This document shows, piece by piece, positions 27,201-36,217 of a DNA stretch of 39,576 nt. Origin of the DNA: a virus (Duplodnaviria; Caudoviricetes); IMG/VR virus record IMGVR_UViG_3300021961_000232, positions 1 to 39,576 of that record. One strand, given 5' to 3'. Made by a program: the position numbers and the translations under genes. Position 1 is the stretch's first letter. Every line of letters starts with the position of its first letter. Under the pieces are notes generated by a model. It had not been told where the DNA came from, ran no database searches, and was given only the letters and a program-made list of their open reading frames with translations.

Positions 27201-27406
27201 GAAAGGCCGACACGCTCAACGCTAGAAGACGCAACATTTTTCAGATACGGCTGGACTGGGCCGCGCTTCGCAAGCCGACCAATCTTATCCATAACAACAT
27301 TAATTCCCTTACGGAAAGCATCGTCAGCAATAAGGTGTGGCGGCAAGTCGCTCTGCTCGCCGCCACTGAACGAGTTAAACGATAGCCAGTCGCCGCGCTT
27401 ACTCAT
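24266..27406 (-). CDS. Tail nozzle (tubular protein B / P22 gp10-like) with an additional beta-propeller-like insertion
   Basis: N-terminal FSGG...N...GRL.KRG, HQNRM and ISTDVGC...S...GVY; internal VVGAPG/FGQAVALSGDG repeats; follows the adaptor. Confidence 0.7.
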   Translation of the reverse strand: MSKRGDWLSFNSFSGGEQSDLPPHLIADDAFRKGINVVMDKIGRLAKRGPVQPYLKNVASSSVERVGLSKAVVGGAIPSSGFAVTKTGWNSFTLPSPPTNNRAGTLSPDYSFSSVAKTISVGGDPAWGPSFSSFGLTVFPLTGSGTDPFAAFANSVDVSSYNSFSNTNATIAVDVSASSININSPSETVNAIGSFIFVQDNNSVPTKEYVGIITGVDALNSYTVYPPPKVGFTVASGGVVRVSPYWSIDGKLVESGGSAFPSGATFGCVHQNRMVLLASATSTYSGSIFSNPLPTQKNVLVWSSITGEPATAANTNADGLLPLLYAGWPQSQQITIDTAEIVAVVSLDANNLLVLCAEKTLLISGVLGTIVPAGGINGSSFNIRTISTDVGCLDADSVQKTPAGVMFAFRDGVYVTDGASFKNVMADKIQQKWTVYNKSKNVDGNSVCGSAVIGGTHYAIFTERGPHFLCDLYNDFSWTEIVVGETTVNPNTSITLVNTTQNNPLSYVDPTAPMPDGSLPIASHNGDRVIINHFYNNAGVQTINSIRVFRNDGSRSAPSYVFERSIGPALSGLNSNPGFQDFDMDYIGERIVATSNPARNVDPSARPYLSTFVRTGTSWTSEANVLDPDANPTTALWGEACGFAKTSSDCVVVGAPGIDKCYVFRRNSSAWSYHSTIDGSAVGSSSSFGQAVALSGDGSTAIIASSGMLSIFSWNGLGYVFEQNYLVPGATYCEISSDGNVVCVGGSSTVSYAIRTDGAWPSVTTDISPFNGVNNISVTSEKLIVNDLDSGGSKREARIYSRVNDAFVFATNAVPLSTSYDGGVALTGDNRSFVFSMRTTTSTTNFYVYNFNNDPISYGVGVQDGSGSNEVYAPLVGDRVGDPAGDAIVLLDSMLIVDEEIETTALGFDQLYDAGTDYPFNATVETKSFALGDAATLKAYKTATFTYSADSTVNVDAPFSIYAAEGLDPQFDFSIAQQFGSYPSTASIKDSESRRVSLVPRPIDNGLALGFKTDFTAGDKGSTLGRFVLYDIALNAVSLRRGRTIQ

Positions 27407-28590
27407 CAGTAATTACTCACGTTGGGCGAGTAGTACGCGCTCCTGTCGTGCGGAGGCCAGCCGACGGCGCGCGAATAACCACTCGCCATGATCTGCGTTC
27501 CACGACCCTGACGATTCTTGACCCACTTGACGAACGCCAAGTAGAGCGCGTCATACTTGTTTTGCAGCGCAGTAGCGAGGGCGATGTCCTCACCTACGGC
27601 GTCAGTAAGGCGAGAGGCTGCGCCGATGCTGATGAGGTGTTGCCATTGCGTCGGCACGAACGTCGGCTCGTCGCCGGCAGCGGCGAGTTCGGTGGGCTCT
27701 TGCGAGTAGTACAGGGTGATCGTGTCGCCACCCAGCAAGTACGCCCAAACACCATCGGTGCCGTACGAGGGTGCATTGCCAAGCGGCGTGTAGCCGTACG
27801 ACAAGCCGCCACTGAGAACGACGAGGTTGGTGGTGAATCCGGTTTGGCCGGTGCCGTAGATGCTGACTTGGGCGGGAGCGTTGGTTGCGCCGCCCGACGT
27901 GACAGCGCCGGTGGACACGGTTCCTGCACGGTCTACGCGGAACGTGTTAAGGCCGGTGATGTTTAGGTTGCCGTCAGCGGCGCTGTAACCCTGCGATTGG
28001 GCGGTAAGTTGGTGACCACTGTAGTTGTGTGGAATACCGATAAACACGGTGTCGCTGGCGGAGAAACCGTGATTGGTTGCCGTCGTCAATTCGTAAGTAG
28101 TGCCAACAACGTTAGTAACGTTCGTTACAACAACAGCGTTTTGCGCCAAACCAGTGAACGTGGACGTAAGCGTATTGTCGTGAACAACAAGATTAGTCCC
28201 GGCGTACCGCGTACCGCTCTGCGGATACGGCCACAAGTACACATTATCCAAACCCTGAAACGCGTACTTGCGAACATAACCAGTCGGCAGCGTCGAACTA
28301 AGTTGCAACACCGTCTCCATATCCGTCTGGTCAAGAATGTATCCCTCGGTCTGACCAGCCGCCGTATACAACATGTATTGCAACATGCCGAAATCCGTCA
28401 AACCCCAATCATCATCAATTGTGTACAAATTCTCCGTAGACGCAATCGGCACAACACGACTGCTGCACCGCAACTGGCCCTGAACAACAAGATCCCGGTA
28501 CACATCGTTGACAAAAATGCCGGCGAGCGTGTCGTCCTCTACAAGCGCCATGTTCTGAGCGCGGTCCTTAAGGTCTTGGAAAGTACTCAC
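27406..28590 (-). CDS. Head-tail adaptor (tubular protein A-like) with beta-rich insertion
   Basis: MSTFQDLK.R N-terminus, LWPYP, then ~165 aa of Thr/Gly-rich sequence, then Y...P.EL...D.P..P.QWQHLI..GA. Confidence 0.72.
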   Translation of the reverse strand: MSTFQDLKDRAQNMALVEDDTLAGIFVNDVYRDLVVQGQLRCSSRVVPIASTENLYTIDDDWGLTDFGMLQYMLYTAAGQTEGYILDQTDMETVLQLSSTLPTGYVRKYAFQGLDNVYLWPYPQSGTRYAGTNLVVHDNTLTSTFTGLAQNAVVVTNVTNVVGTTYELTTATNHGFSASDTVFIGIPHNYSGHQLTAQSQGYSAADGNLNITGLNTFRVDRAGTVSTGAVTSGGATNAPAQVSIYGTGQTGFTTNLVVLSGGLSYGYTPLGNAPSYGTDGVWAYLLGGDTITLYYSQEPTELAAAGDEPTFVPTQWQHLISIGAASRLTDAVGEDIALATALQNKYDALYLAFVKWVKNRQGRGTQIMASGYSRAVGWPPHDRSAYYSPNVSNY

Positions 28591-28946
28591 TCGTCCGGCA
28601 CCTCAATCTTTTCCGGCGCAAACGGATCAGCGCCCTTATGCGTAAGAGCAAACATCTCCAGCGACACCTCAGACTGGCACACAGGACAACGATTCTTCAC
28701 AATCAATGCAAGCAACTCGTCCTTGCTGCGCAAACCAGCATAATGATGCGCATGGTCGCGCCAAACTTTTGTGTTCTTAATGTCCGGCGGCGCGGGGAAC
28801 GGCTCTAGGCACGAGCCACAAACCATTCCAGCGGCGATCCGGTCAATGGCCTCTTGGCCGACAAACCACTTGATCGTGGACTCGTCGCCCGGAGCGGCAA
28901 AATCTTGCACCTCTTCGGCGTGCGCATTGACCGGATCGCCAAACAC
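28587..28946 (-). CDS. Hypothetical protein with two CxxC motifs
   Basis: CGSC...CPVC. Confidence 0.6.
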   Translation of the reverse strand: MFGDPVNAHAEEVQDFAAPGDESTIKWFVGQEAIDRIAAGMVCGSCLEPFPAPPDIKNTKVWRDHAHHYAGLRSKDELLALIVKNRCPVCQSEVSLEMFALTHKGADPFAPEKIEVPDE

Positions 28947-29638
28947 TAGATGACCTCTACCTCAAGCGCCTCTGCCTCTTCGGCAAGAGCGTCACGATCA
29001 ACAATGATCTTCTCAAGAGCCTCAACGACGGCGGCACGGTTGGCGTGCGCGCGCTCGTAGGAAAGGACAGCCTGCGGGTTGTAGCCATCCTCAAGGCACT
29101 TCGTGGCAATCGCCTCAGCGACCGTCATGCCCTTCTTGGCGCGAACCTTCTCGTAATTTGGCCACGGCGGCGGAACAACAACCGCGTCAACCTTGACGTA
29201 CCAGTCACCATTGTCGGCATTGCTGAGGAGCGCCCTCTCTGCCTCCTCGCGGTCATCCTTGTCGGCAAGCCACTCAGTGTCGTACAGGCTAAAGTTAAAG
29301 TCGGGACGCGAAGGATTGCTTACGCCGGTAATGCGGCCGACACCGTCCTGAATGGTGACGCCGCGCTGGTACGGGACGGCACCAAAAACGTCAGGAGCGG
29401 AGTGCCCAGAGGCGTCAACGCGCTCCGGGTCCGTCCGACGAGTCGGCGTACCGGCCCAGTGCATCATGGCGGCATACGTCTCGTCAGGCTTCGCCATGCC
29501 GTGCTTAAACTCTAGAATCAAGCCGGGCTTCTTGATGTGCCGCGGAATCATTGTTCCCTCCGCGGTTTCAAAAACCTCGTACTCCTGATCCCCACGAACG
29601 ATCATCATGTAGTTAGCAGAGCGGCTAACAAATCGCAT
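28946..29638 (-). CDS. Hypothetical protein downstream of the capsid gene
   Basis: 230 aa; AGAAAG upstream; C-terminal PWPNY...YE....NR..V motif. Confidence 0.7.
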   Translation of the reverse strand: MRFVSRSANYMMIVRGDQEYEVFETAEGTMIPRHIKKPGLILEFKHGMAKPDETYAAMMHWAGTPTRRTDPERVDASGHSAPDVFGAVPYQRGVTIQDGVGRITGVSNPSRPDFNFSLYDTEWLADKDDREEAERALLSNADNGDWYVKVDAVVVPPPWPNYEKVRAKKGMTVAEAIATKCLEDGYNPQAVLSYERAHANRAAVVEALEKIIVDRDALAEEAEALEVEVI

Positions 29639-29662
29639 TGGTGTTTCTCGCTTTCTGTATGG

Positions 29663-29710
29663 AAAAGGGAGCCTCTAGCACTACGTTTGATTGTAGCGCC
29701 AGAGGCTCCC
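29663..29710 (-). terminator. Rho-independent terminator after the major capsid gene
   Basis: On the minus strand, GGGAGCCTCT...AGAGGCTCCC with further inner pairing is followed by TTTT. Confidence 0.8.
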
Positions 29711-29746
29711 GAGGGCTACCAGAAAACCGGTAACCGTGTTTTTGGC

Positions 29747-30910
29747 TTAGTAGCCGGTCACCCCGCGAAGGATCGCGTGGTTCTGCTCAACACCGACTTG
29801 GAGCGAGTACTCGGTCAGGTACTCCTGCTTGACCGAATCCTCGTCCGGGGCCTGCCGGTTCGGCAGGAGGACGGTCTTGCGCAGAGGACGCATGGTGACA
29901 TCCTCCATATCCACCAGCACGGCCCAAGAGCCGATCTGATTGCTGGCGGTGGAGAAGTCAAGCCAGTCGCGCTTCTCAACGATCTTAACCGTGCCACCGT
30001 TGGCGCCACGGTACTCTTGCAAAGCCACGCCGTACGACTTCACGTCGGACGAGGGCGGGGCCAACTTGCCCTGCGGGAAGGACGACAGGGCAGACACGAT
30101 CAGCGGCGACGCGAACAGCACCTTGTTGCGGGAGCCGTAGCGGAACGCCGAACGAAGGAACGTGGCAAAGCCAGACTCCGTAAGATTGCCGCCAACGGTC
30201 GTGATGTTCGTGCTGATGAAGTCCACCAGACCACCACAGTAACCAATCGGCGTCGAACCCGACACGTCCAACTCGCGCTGACCAAAGAACAGCGTGTTCT
30301 CCATCTGGCGACGATGCTCCATCATCTTCTTCTTGGCCTCGTACTGCGGCTCGCTGCCACCGTACAGGTCAGAGTTGATGAGGGTGTTCGTGAAGCCAAG
30401 AGGATCACGCTGGATCTGGCAGTAGTTGTAGTTAGCAACCTGCTGCGTCTGCTTGATCGTGCCAAGCGTGGCACCCTCGGCAGAAGCATTGCCAATCTTG
30501 ATCACGTCCGTGGAGTCGGTGATCGTCGAAGCGGCGACCGAACCAACCGAACGGACAACCGTCAGCACGTCACCAGCGACGGACGTGACGCGGACATTCT
30601 CGCCGTTCGACATGCGAAGGATGTCGTTGGCGCGGAAGTACGCACCCGTGCCGGTGGCAACGGTGAACGTGGTAGCACCGGAGGCAACGTTGCCACCGTT
30701 GTTGAGGGTCGTGAGGCGCGGGACCAACTGATCCGACAGCCACTCAACCTTCTGCGACTTCGCGGGACGCGAAGACACCTGCGAAAGCATGACGGTGAAC
30801 GGAGCGTCATCGGGCTCCAACTGCTTGATGACCGGGTCCATATCGACAACCCGGCGATTCTGGAGGATGTCGGCGTCATCGACGACACCCGAAAGAACGG
30901 TAACAGCCAT
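29747..30910 (-). CDS. Major capsid protein (SU10/DUF5309-like)
   Basis: D.PF...KVEW..D.L, NYCQI.R and EYSLQV..E..H..L motifs; follows the scaffold; highly biased codons; terminator downstream. Confidence 0.88.
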   Translation of the reverse strand: MAVTVLSGVVDDADILQNRRVVDMDPVIKQLEPDDAPFTVMLSQVSSRPAKSQKVEWLSDQLVPRLTTLNNGGNVASGATTFTVATGTGAYFRANDILRMSNGENVRVTSVAGDVLTVVRSVGSVAASTITDSTDVIKIGNASAEGATLGTIKQTQQVANYNYCQIQRDPLGFTNTLINSDLYGGSEPQYEAKKKMMEHRRQMENTLFFGQRELDVSGSTPIGYCGGLVDFISTNITTVGGNLTESGFATFLRSAFRYGSRNKVLFASPLIVSALSSFPQGKLAPPSSDVKSYGVALQEYRGANGGTVKIVEKRDWLDFSTASNQIGSWAVLVDMEDVTMRPLRKTVLLPNRQAPDEDSVKQEYLTEYSLQVGVEQNHAILRGVTGY

Positions 30911-30989
30911 CTGTTACTACTCCTTGACTTGTGGTTTTCTTCTGGTCGAAAACCCTAAGTCGGGGTGTCGCTCTGGTCCAGCGGCCCGG

Positions 30990-31829
30990 TTAGGCGTTGA
31001 GAATCATGTTCCGAATCAGATCATCCATCTCGTCCTCACCCAAATTAGTAGCGTCCGTAGTGTTACGCGTACTAACCGTGGGCGGGGCGATTGGCTCCTC
31101 ATCGGGGACAATCATCCCTTGATTCTTCATGGCTTCTTGATACTCGCGCCACTTTAGAATCCCAACAATTGTACCAATTCCCTCCGCAAGCGCAACCGGA
31201 TCCGACTCGCTACCCGGAGGAATAATGCCACTAACATCATGCTGGTCGATAAAATCTTCGACCTTCTGCTGGTAATCCTCATAATCAGGCACAGACTCAA
31301 CCAGCATCTGGTACGCCTCGCCCATCACGGCTCGCTCATGCTGCTCAACAAGCGGCATCGTCATACCAGTCAACTCGTCGCGCTCCTGCGACAACCGCTG
31401 CTCAAGCCAATACTGAGTAGCCTCCCACGGCTTCATCGTCCACCAATGCTCAAGCACCGCATTAGCAAGATCATCCGGCAGCCGGTCAGCGTTTTGAAGC
31501 ACCCACATCGCAGCATTCGACGGGTTCTGCTCCGCAAACTGAACCAACTCCTCTTCGGTCGAAGGCTCACCACCAAAATATTGCTGCTGGAAAACAGGCT
31601 CCGGCTCGGGCTCGGGCTCGGGCTGCTGGCGCGACTCATGAAACTTGCGCTCCAACTCCTTGTACGCGTTCTCAAGATCATCAACGCTATGGTACTTGCC
31701 GGCAAAAATCTGAGGCTCTTCGTGCTCCTCAACCTCGTCTGCCTGCTCCTCAACGTGCTGGTCGTCAACTTGGTCCTCATCGGCATTCGCGGCGCGAATG
31801 GTATCCATGAGGATGTCGTCATCACTCAC
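30990..31829 (-). CDS. Capsid scaffolding protein
   Basis: Acidic; FAGKY.SV.DLE.AY.ELE.K motif; directly upstream of the capsid gene. Confidence 0.82.
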   Translation of the reverse strand: MSDDDILMDTIRAANADEDQVDDQHVEEQADEVEEHEEPQIFAGKYHSVDDLENAYKELERKFHESRQQPEPEPEPEPVFQQQYFGGEPSTEEELVQFAEQNPSNAAMWVLQNADRLPDDLANAVLEHWWTMKPWEATQYWLEQRLSQERDELTGMTMPLVEQHERAVMGEAYQMLVESVPDYEDYQQKVEDFIDQHDVSGIIPPGSESDPVALAEGIGTIVGILKWREYQEAMKNQGMIVPDEEPIAPPTVSTRNTTDATNLGEDEMDDLIRNMILNA

Positions 31830-32025
31830 TGTGGAGTCTCCTTGTTTTGAGTTTCAACACCCAGTCTATCCCGCGGATTTCTCCCCGGAGGATATCTGTT
31901 TGTTCTTGTGAAAGATTATCGTATACCAACTGTCGGATAAGCACATTCTTACGCGCGTCAAGTTCGGCCTCTACCGCGCTCCAACTTGTCTGACTCAGTA
32001 CAGAGTCAAGAAGGGTGCTTGTCAT
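31822..32025 (-). CDS. Small protein between portal and scaffold
   Basis: 67 aa with RGEI.G..WVL; conserved position in podovirus head modules. Confidence 0.65.
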   Translation of the reverse strand: MTSTLLDSVLSQTSWSAVEAELDARKNVLIRQLVYDNLSQEQTDILRGEIRGIDWVLKLKTRRLHSE

Positions 32026-33731
32026 TATTCGCCTTGGGCTGCTTCGGCGGCACCGGCCAACTGTTGCTCCTCTACACCAGCAGGAACACCTGTGTTGGGT
32101 GTCGGTGCCGCCGCAGCCTCACCCCCGCCGACCAGTTGCGGAGGGGAAGTCGGTTGAGCGGGAGCCTGCGTAAAATACTTCGTCGGCTCCTCGCCAAATG
32201 CCTCAGTAACGTCCTCAATAACCTTCTTCAAATCCAACTGGACACCAGCCTGCTGGGCCAGCATGTAATTCGCCGTCAAGAAATTAGCCTTAGCCAGCGC
32301 CTCGGCGCGCTTCTCCTGCCGAATAAGCGACTCGGCCGCATCCTCAACAACATACTCGTACTTACCCTGCAACATGGCTGGGTTAGCCGCCTTCCAATCA
32401 ATACCAGCAGCGCCACGATCAATACGAATCGCCACGTTCGGCGGCAACAACTGCTGATTCAACATGATCTGCTGCTCACCAACACGCTTAAGCGCAAACA
32501 AGACTTGCTGCTTCATGCGCATAATGCGCTTCGTCGCCATGTTCTGAATAATGCTGATACCCGTAGCCGTCGTCTGATCCATCTGCGAATCACTCGCGCC
32601 ACTGAGATACGCAACAGCACCACTCAGGTTCTGCAAATCACCCTTCAACAACTCCTCGGCCTGCACAGTCGGCCCAAGAATGCTCGTATTCGGCTGCCAC
32701 GGTTGAATCTGATCAGGCCGCGCCCGCAGAATGCCACCCGGCATAAGCCGAAAATCCTGCTGCTCCGCAGACGGGTCAACAAATACCGCAGCGTTAGACA
32801 TAAACCGCGTGTTATCAATGCGGTGATTCTGCATCTCCCACAACGCGGCCTGAATATCAGCGATCATCCCAACAACGCTATGACCACCAATCTCAAACAG
32901 GCTCGGCATCGGACTGGCAACGACAAACGGGAACTCGCCATGCCAAAACGGGCTGCACTCATGCCGAATGATCGTGCCCCTGTTGGCAACAGTCGTCAGG
33001 TAAATCTCATCACCCTGACGGTGCCACCACTCCACAATCTCAACGCGACCCTTGCGCTTGTTGTTGCCCTCATCGAACTCGCCAGACGAGCCCTCAACAA
33101 TCTTGTCCACATTCTCGTAGACGCCACTCGCCTCAAGGCTGCGCTTCGTCTCGTACGTCACATGGAAAACCTCGGCCGCATCATCAATAGAATGCGCGGT
33201 CGGATCCCACAAGAATTGTTTGGCATCAATAACGACAAAGCCGGGCTGCTGTCGGTACGGGACGCGCTGCTCAACAACCTTGCCAACCTGACCACCAAAC
33301 GGCGACTGTTGATACTGGCGCTGCTTGACCTTACGCCACTCCTCGCGCCACGTCACCTTACCAACCGTAATGCCGCGAATCAGCGCCTGCAACACAAACG
33401 GCACCAACTTCTCATGGTACCTATCCGCCTCACGCTGCTGATTAAGAAGATGCTCATGCAACTCTGCCGAATCATCGTTTGCCGGCTGCGACGAGATGAC
33501 TTTGGCGCGCTGGTTCTCGTCAATCATGTTGCTGGCAAGCAACTCAACAATCTGCATGACGTACGGCGGGTGTAGATCAGACTGCCAATCGTCGTCACGC
33601 GGCCGCAGCACGGCATTGTAGGCGTCGTCACACTTCTGGTACTTCTCTACGCGAGCATGGTGCGGGTTGCGGGCAGCGTCGAAACACTTGTTAAAGCGCG
33701 CAATTAGTTCCCGCTCATTGTACTCAGCCAT
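32025..33731 (-). CDS. Portal protein
   Basis: 568 aa; G..VGKV.W, FLWDP.A, PFVV and TATG motifs; position upstream of the scaffold. Confidence 0.88.
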   Translation of the reverse strand: MAEYNERELIARFNKCFDAARNPHHARVEKYQKCDDAYNAVLRPRDDDWQSDLHPPYVMQIVELLASNMIDENQRAKVISSQPANDDSAELHEHLLNQQREADRYHEKLVPFVLQALIRGITVGKVTWREEWRKVKQRQYQQSPFGGQVGKVVEQRVPYRQQPGFVVIDAKQFLWDPTAHSIDDAAEVFHVTYETKRSLEASGVYENVDKIVEGSSGEFDEGNNKRKGRVEIVEWWHRQGDEIYLTTVANRGTIIRHECSPFWHGEFPFVVASPMPSLFEIGGHSVVGMIADIQAALWEMQNHRIDNTRFMSNAAVFVDPSAEQQDFRLMPGGILRARPDQIQPWQPNTSILGPTVQAEELLKGDLQNLSGAVAYLSGASDSQMDQTTATGISIIQNMATKRIMRMKQQVLFALKRVGEQQIMLNQQLLPPNVAIRIDRGAAGIDWKAANPAMLQGKYEYVVEDAAESLIRQEKRAEALAKANFLTANYMLAQQAGVQLDLKKVIEDVTEAFGEEPTKYFTQAPAQPTSPPQLVGGGEAAAAPTPNTGVPAGVEEQQLAGAAEAAQGE

Positions 33732-33770
33732 ACGTTTAGATTAGCACCGGCCAGCGCGTGATTATCACCG

Positions 33771-35213
33771 TTACGTTTTAATGACGCGCAGGGAATACCC
33801 CGTGGACGAATACTCCGGAGGAGAATCGGCCTTGAGAAGCAAAACGCCGTATGTTGAAACGGCGCGTTGTCCGGCTTGCGGATAACCACCAGCCTGCTGG
33901 AAATTCCCAACCAAAAGAAGCCTACCATCAGAAAGGGGCAGAACGTCTTTCACATCACCACTTAGGAAAGGGCTCCAAGTGGTGTCGGGCGTCAAATCAG
34001 AATTAAATCGAATAGCATATCGCACTTCAAGGGTTTCAAGTTTACTAAAACTACCAACAAAAATATGCTTACCGTTTATAGTGAGGTAGTCGAAAATGAA
34101 GGATGATGGGCTATTTGCGGGCCAATCAGCAACCGTCAAATCGGGATTCAGTTTAAAAACTCCAAACCGGGTAATACTTCCATTAACAGTGTTTCCATAT
34201 GGAAAGTTAACAAAAATAGAGCCGTCATTTAAAATAATAATTTTTTGAACGTCACTGTTAACGGTTGTAGTAAACGAGGCGTCAAACGTCCCATCTGCAT
34301 TAAGACGAGCAAAATACTGTTTAGAGTTACCGGCAATAGTATTGAAATACCCGCCGAAGAGAATTTTTCCATCGGGCTGAATAGCAAGCGTTTGTACCGT
34401 AGAGTCTGCACCGGGATCAAAACTAGTATCAAGACTGCCGTCTACATTAACACGGGCGATGCGACTTCTTGCAACTGCATTAACGGTACCAAAACTTCCA
34501 ACAAAAACAATTTTGCCGTCTGCTTGCAATGCCATACCCCGAATGTTGCTGTTAGGGATCGGATTCCAAGAATCAAGTGATCCGTCTGGATTAAGCCGCG
34601 CAAGTCTAATACGACTCGTTCCATTAACAGTGCTAAAATCGCCCCAAACAACAATCTTGCCGTCGGGTTGAAGGAATCCCCCTAGAATCTGACTATTAAA
34701 AACAGGGGCAAATGTTGCGTCGTGTGTTCCGTCACTATTCAAACGCACAATGTGATTTTGCCCCAAAACGCCCATTATGTTTTGTCCAGAACCCCCAATA
34801 ATGACTTTGCCGTCAGTCTGTTGAAGGGCTACATAAAAAGTAGAAGGGTTACTTGTCGTTACCGCAAACGAAAGATCGTAGTTTCTCTTGAAACTCCAAA
34901 CAGGATCAAACTCAGGGAGGTTAAACGTTGTAGACCCGTCGCCTTCACCATACTGGGTTCCAATAGTGTTAAATAGGTCGGAGTACAACGTTCTGGAGAC
35001 AGCAGAACCGTCACACGCAAGATATCCCGCAGGAATAGAACTTGGACTAACGACAATCATGTCTCCGGTTTGAACGACAGTTTGTGTAGCAATGTCACCC
35101 TCAACCGCAACAATGCGCGATTCGTGATTAACGATGTCGTCAACAATAATGTTGTGCGCAGCGGAGGTGTACTTTTCGCCCGGAATAACTGTGTTAGGAG
35201 GAACGTAAGTCAT
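33771..35213 (-). CDS. Fibre/spike protein with collar domain and delta-60-type beta-propeller repeats
   Basis: Collar motif P.GYL.CDGSAVSRT.Y..LF..IGT.YG.GDGSTTFNLP; about 6-7 QxDGKI...RLNxDGxLD repeats; noticeably AT-rich. Confidence 0.85.
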   Translation of the reverse strand: MTYVPPNTVIPGEKYTSAAHNIIVDDIVNHESRIVAVEGDIATQTVVQTGDMIVVSPSSIPAGYLACDGSAVSRTLYSDLFNTIGTQYGEGDGSTTFNLPEFDPVWSFKRNYDLSFAVTTSNPSTFYVALQQTDGKVIIGGSGQNIMGVLGQNHIVRLNSDGTHDATFAPVFNSQILGGFLQPDGKIVVWGDFSTVNGTSRIRLARLNPDGSLDSWNPIPNSNIRGMALQADGKIVFVGSFGTVNAVARSRIARVNVDGSLDTSFDPGADSTVQTLAIQPDGKILFGGYFNTIAGNSKQYFARLNADGTFDASFTTTVNSDVQKIIILNDGSIFVNFPYGNTVNGSITRFGVFKLNPDLTVADWPANSPSSFIFDYLTINGKHIFVGSFSKLETLEVRYAIRFNSDLTPDTTWSPFLSGDVKDVLPLSDGRLLLVGNFQQAGGYPQAGQRAVSTYGVLLLKADSPPEYSSTGYSLRVIKT

Positions 35214-35323
35214 TCAAAAATATCCTGACCATCAAAAGAGGACACATCAAACTTAAAGAACCTAGGCCCAAACGACTCGTTGCCACCAATAATCGACAAC
35301 GCGATTTTCATGGCGAAACCCAT
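35210..35323 (-). CDS. 37-aa peptide coupled to both neighbouring genes
   Basis: MGFAMKIALSIIGGNESFGPRFFKFDVSSFDGQDIFE; TAATG and ATGA overlaps. Confidence 0.55.
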   Translation of the reverse strand: MGFAMKIALSIIGGNESFGPRFFKFDVSSFDGQDIFE

Positions 35324-35595
35324 TAGACCAGTGCCACCAAATCCGTTGCCGTGGTGGCGGTTGTAACGATCTTGGCGCGAATCGGAAGAATGGCTCCGGC
35401 GGGCACGTTCTTAAACGTCAGCGTTGCCGTGTCGTTAGACAGTCGGGCCGCAACGTCTCCGGCCCCGCCAACAAAAATGCCGCGCGTGACGGCCGTCAAC
35501 TCGTTGGTGTCGTGGGGAGTGATAACAAAACCGCTTGTTGCCGGGGCTTGTGTTTCCCTAGCGTTTTGAGCAAAATTGTTTGCAGCCGGCGTCAT
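35323..35595 (-). CDS. Head spike base protein (RcGTA Rcc01079-like)
   Basis: ITP.D...L...TRGIFVG.AGDV...TF.NVPAG.ILPIR...V...TTAT.LVAL. Confidence 0.8.
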   Translation of the reverse strand: MTPAANNFAQNARETQAPATSGFVITPHDTNELTAVTRGIFVGGAGDVAARLSNDTATLTFKNVPAGAILPIRAKIVTTATTATDLVALV

Positions 35596-35922
35596 TTACA
35601 TCATCTCCCCGGCGTACTCAGCGCCCTCATCCTCAGACTCCATGCCATTGTCTTCCATCTCGCCCGCATCCTCAGGACTCATAGTCGGGGGCATCGGCTC
35701 CGTACGAGCCGCCACTCCAGCCGGATTAGCCGTCGGCATCATGCTGACAAGGCGAAGAATCTGCTGACGCATCGCCTCCTTCAACATCATCTCCTGCTGT
35801 TGTTGCTGGTCAAGCGCGGCCTGTTGTTGTTGTGCGAGCATGGCAAGCACCGGGAGCAGTTGCGTCGCCGGGGCCTGCTCGCCACCCATCGGCGCGGCTT
35901 GTTGCATCTGCTCCGGATCCAT
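35596..35922 (-). CDS. Hypothetical Gln/Met-rich protein with acidic tail
   Basis: 108-aa ORF packed in the operon. Confidence 0.6.
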   Translation of the reverse strand: MDPEQMQQAAPMGGEQAPATQLLPVLAMLAQQQQAALDQQQQQEMMLKEAMRQQILRLVSMMPTANPAGVAARTEPMPPTMSPEDAGEMEDNGMESEDEGAEYAGEMM

Positions 35923-36047
35923 TACCGGGCCCCCGCGCTGTACTTCTTAAGAAAATTTTGGACCTGCTTGGAGCGGTCGGGAATCTTGTTGATCTGCTTC
36001 ATGACGGGCCGCTTGGCTCCGACAACCTTCTTCTTAGGGTTTGCCAT
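35922..36047 (-). CDS. Small basic protein (41 aa)
   Basis: MANPKKKVVGAKRPVMKQ...; TAATG overlaps at both ends. Confidence 0.55.
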   Translation of the reverse strand: MANPKKKVVGAKRPVMKQINKIPDRSKQVQNFLKKYSAGAR

Positions 36048-36208
36048 TAGGATTTTGTCCTTCCTGCAACGGAACGGCGGGTCATTTCGGCCTGACCGTA
36101 TTTCTTACGTCCAATACTAGCGGCTACAGCGGCTGGATCAGAAACCTTGCCTTTTAACTTTTGGACAAGCCGGTCAAACCCGACATAGCCTTTATCTTTT
36201 CCAGACAT
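36047..36208 (-). CDS. Small basic phage protein (53 aa)
   Basis: GF..L......V.DPAAVAA.IGRKKYG; TAATG overlap with the next gene. Confidence 0.6.
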   Translation of the reverse strand: MSGKDKGYVGFDRLVQKLKGKVSDPAAVAASIGRKKYGQAEMTRRSVAGRTKS

Positions 36209-36217
36209 AACGTTAGT

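Noticed and set aside
31598-31625. Tandem 6-nt repeat (GGCTCG)n
   Set aside because: It encodes the PEPEPEPEP linker of the scaffold protein and is not a separate element.
35210-35225. Programmed -1 frameshift fusing the 37-aa peptide to the fibre at a T5 run
   Set aside because: The -1 frame has a TGA immediately before the fibre ATG, so a fusion would terminate.
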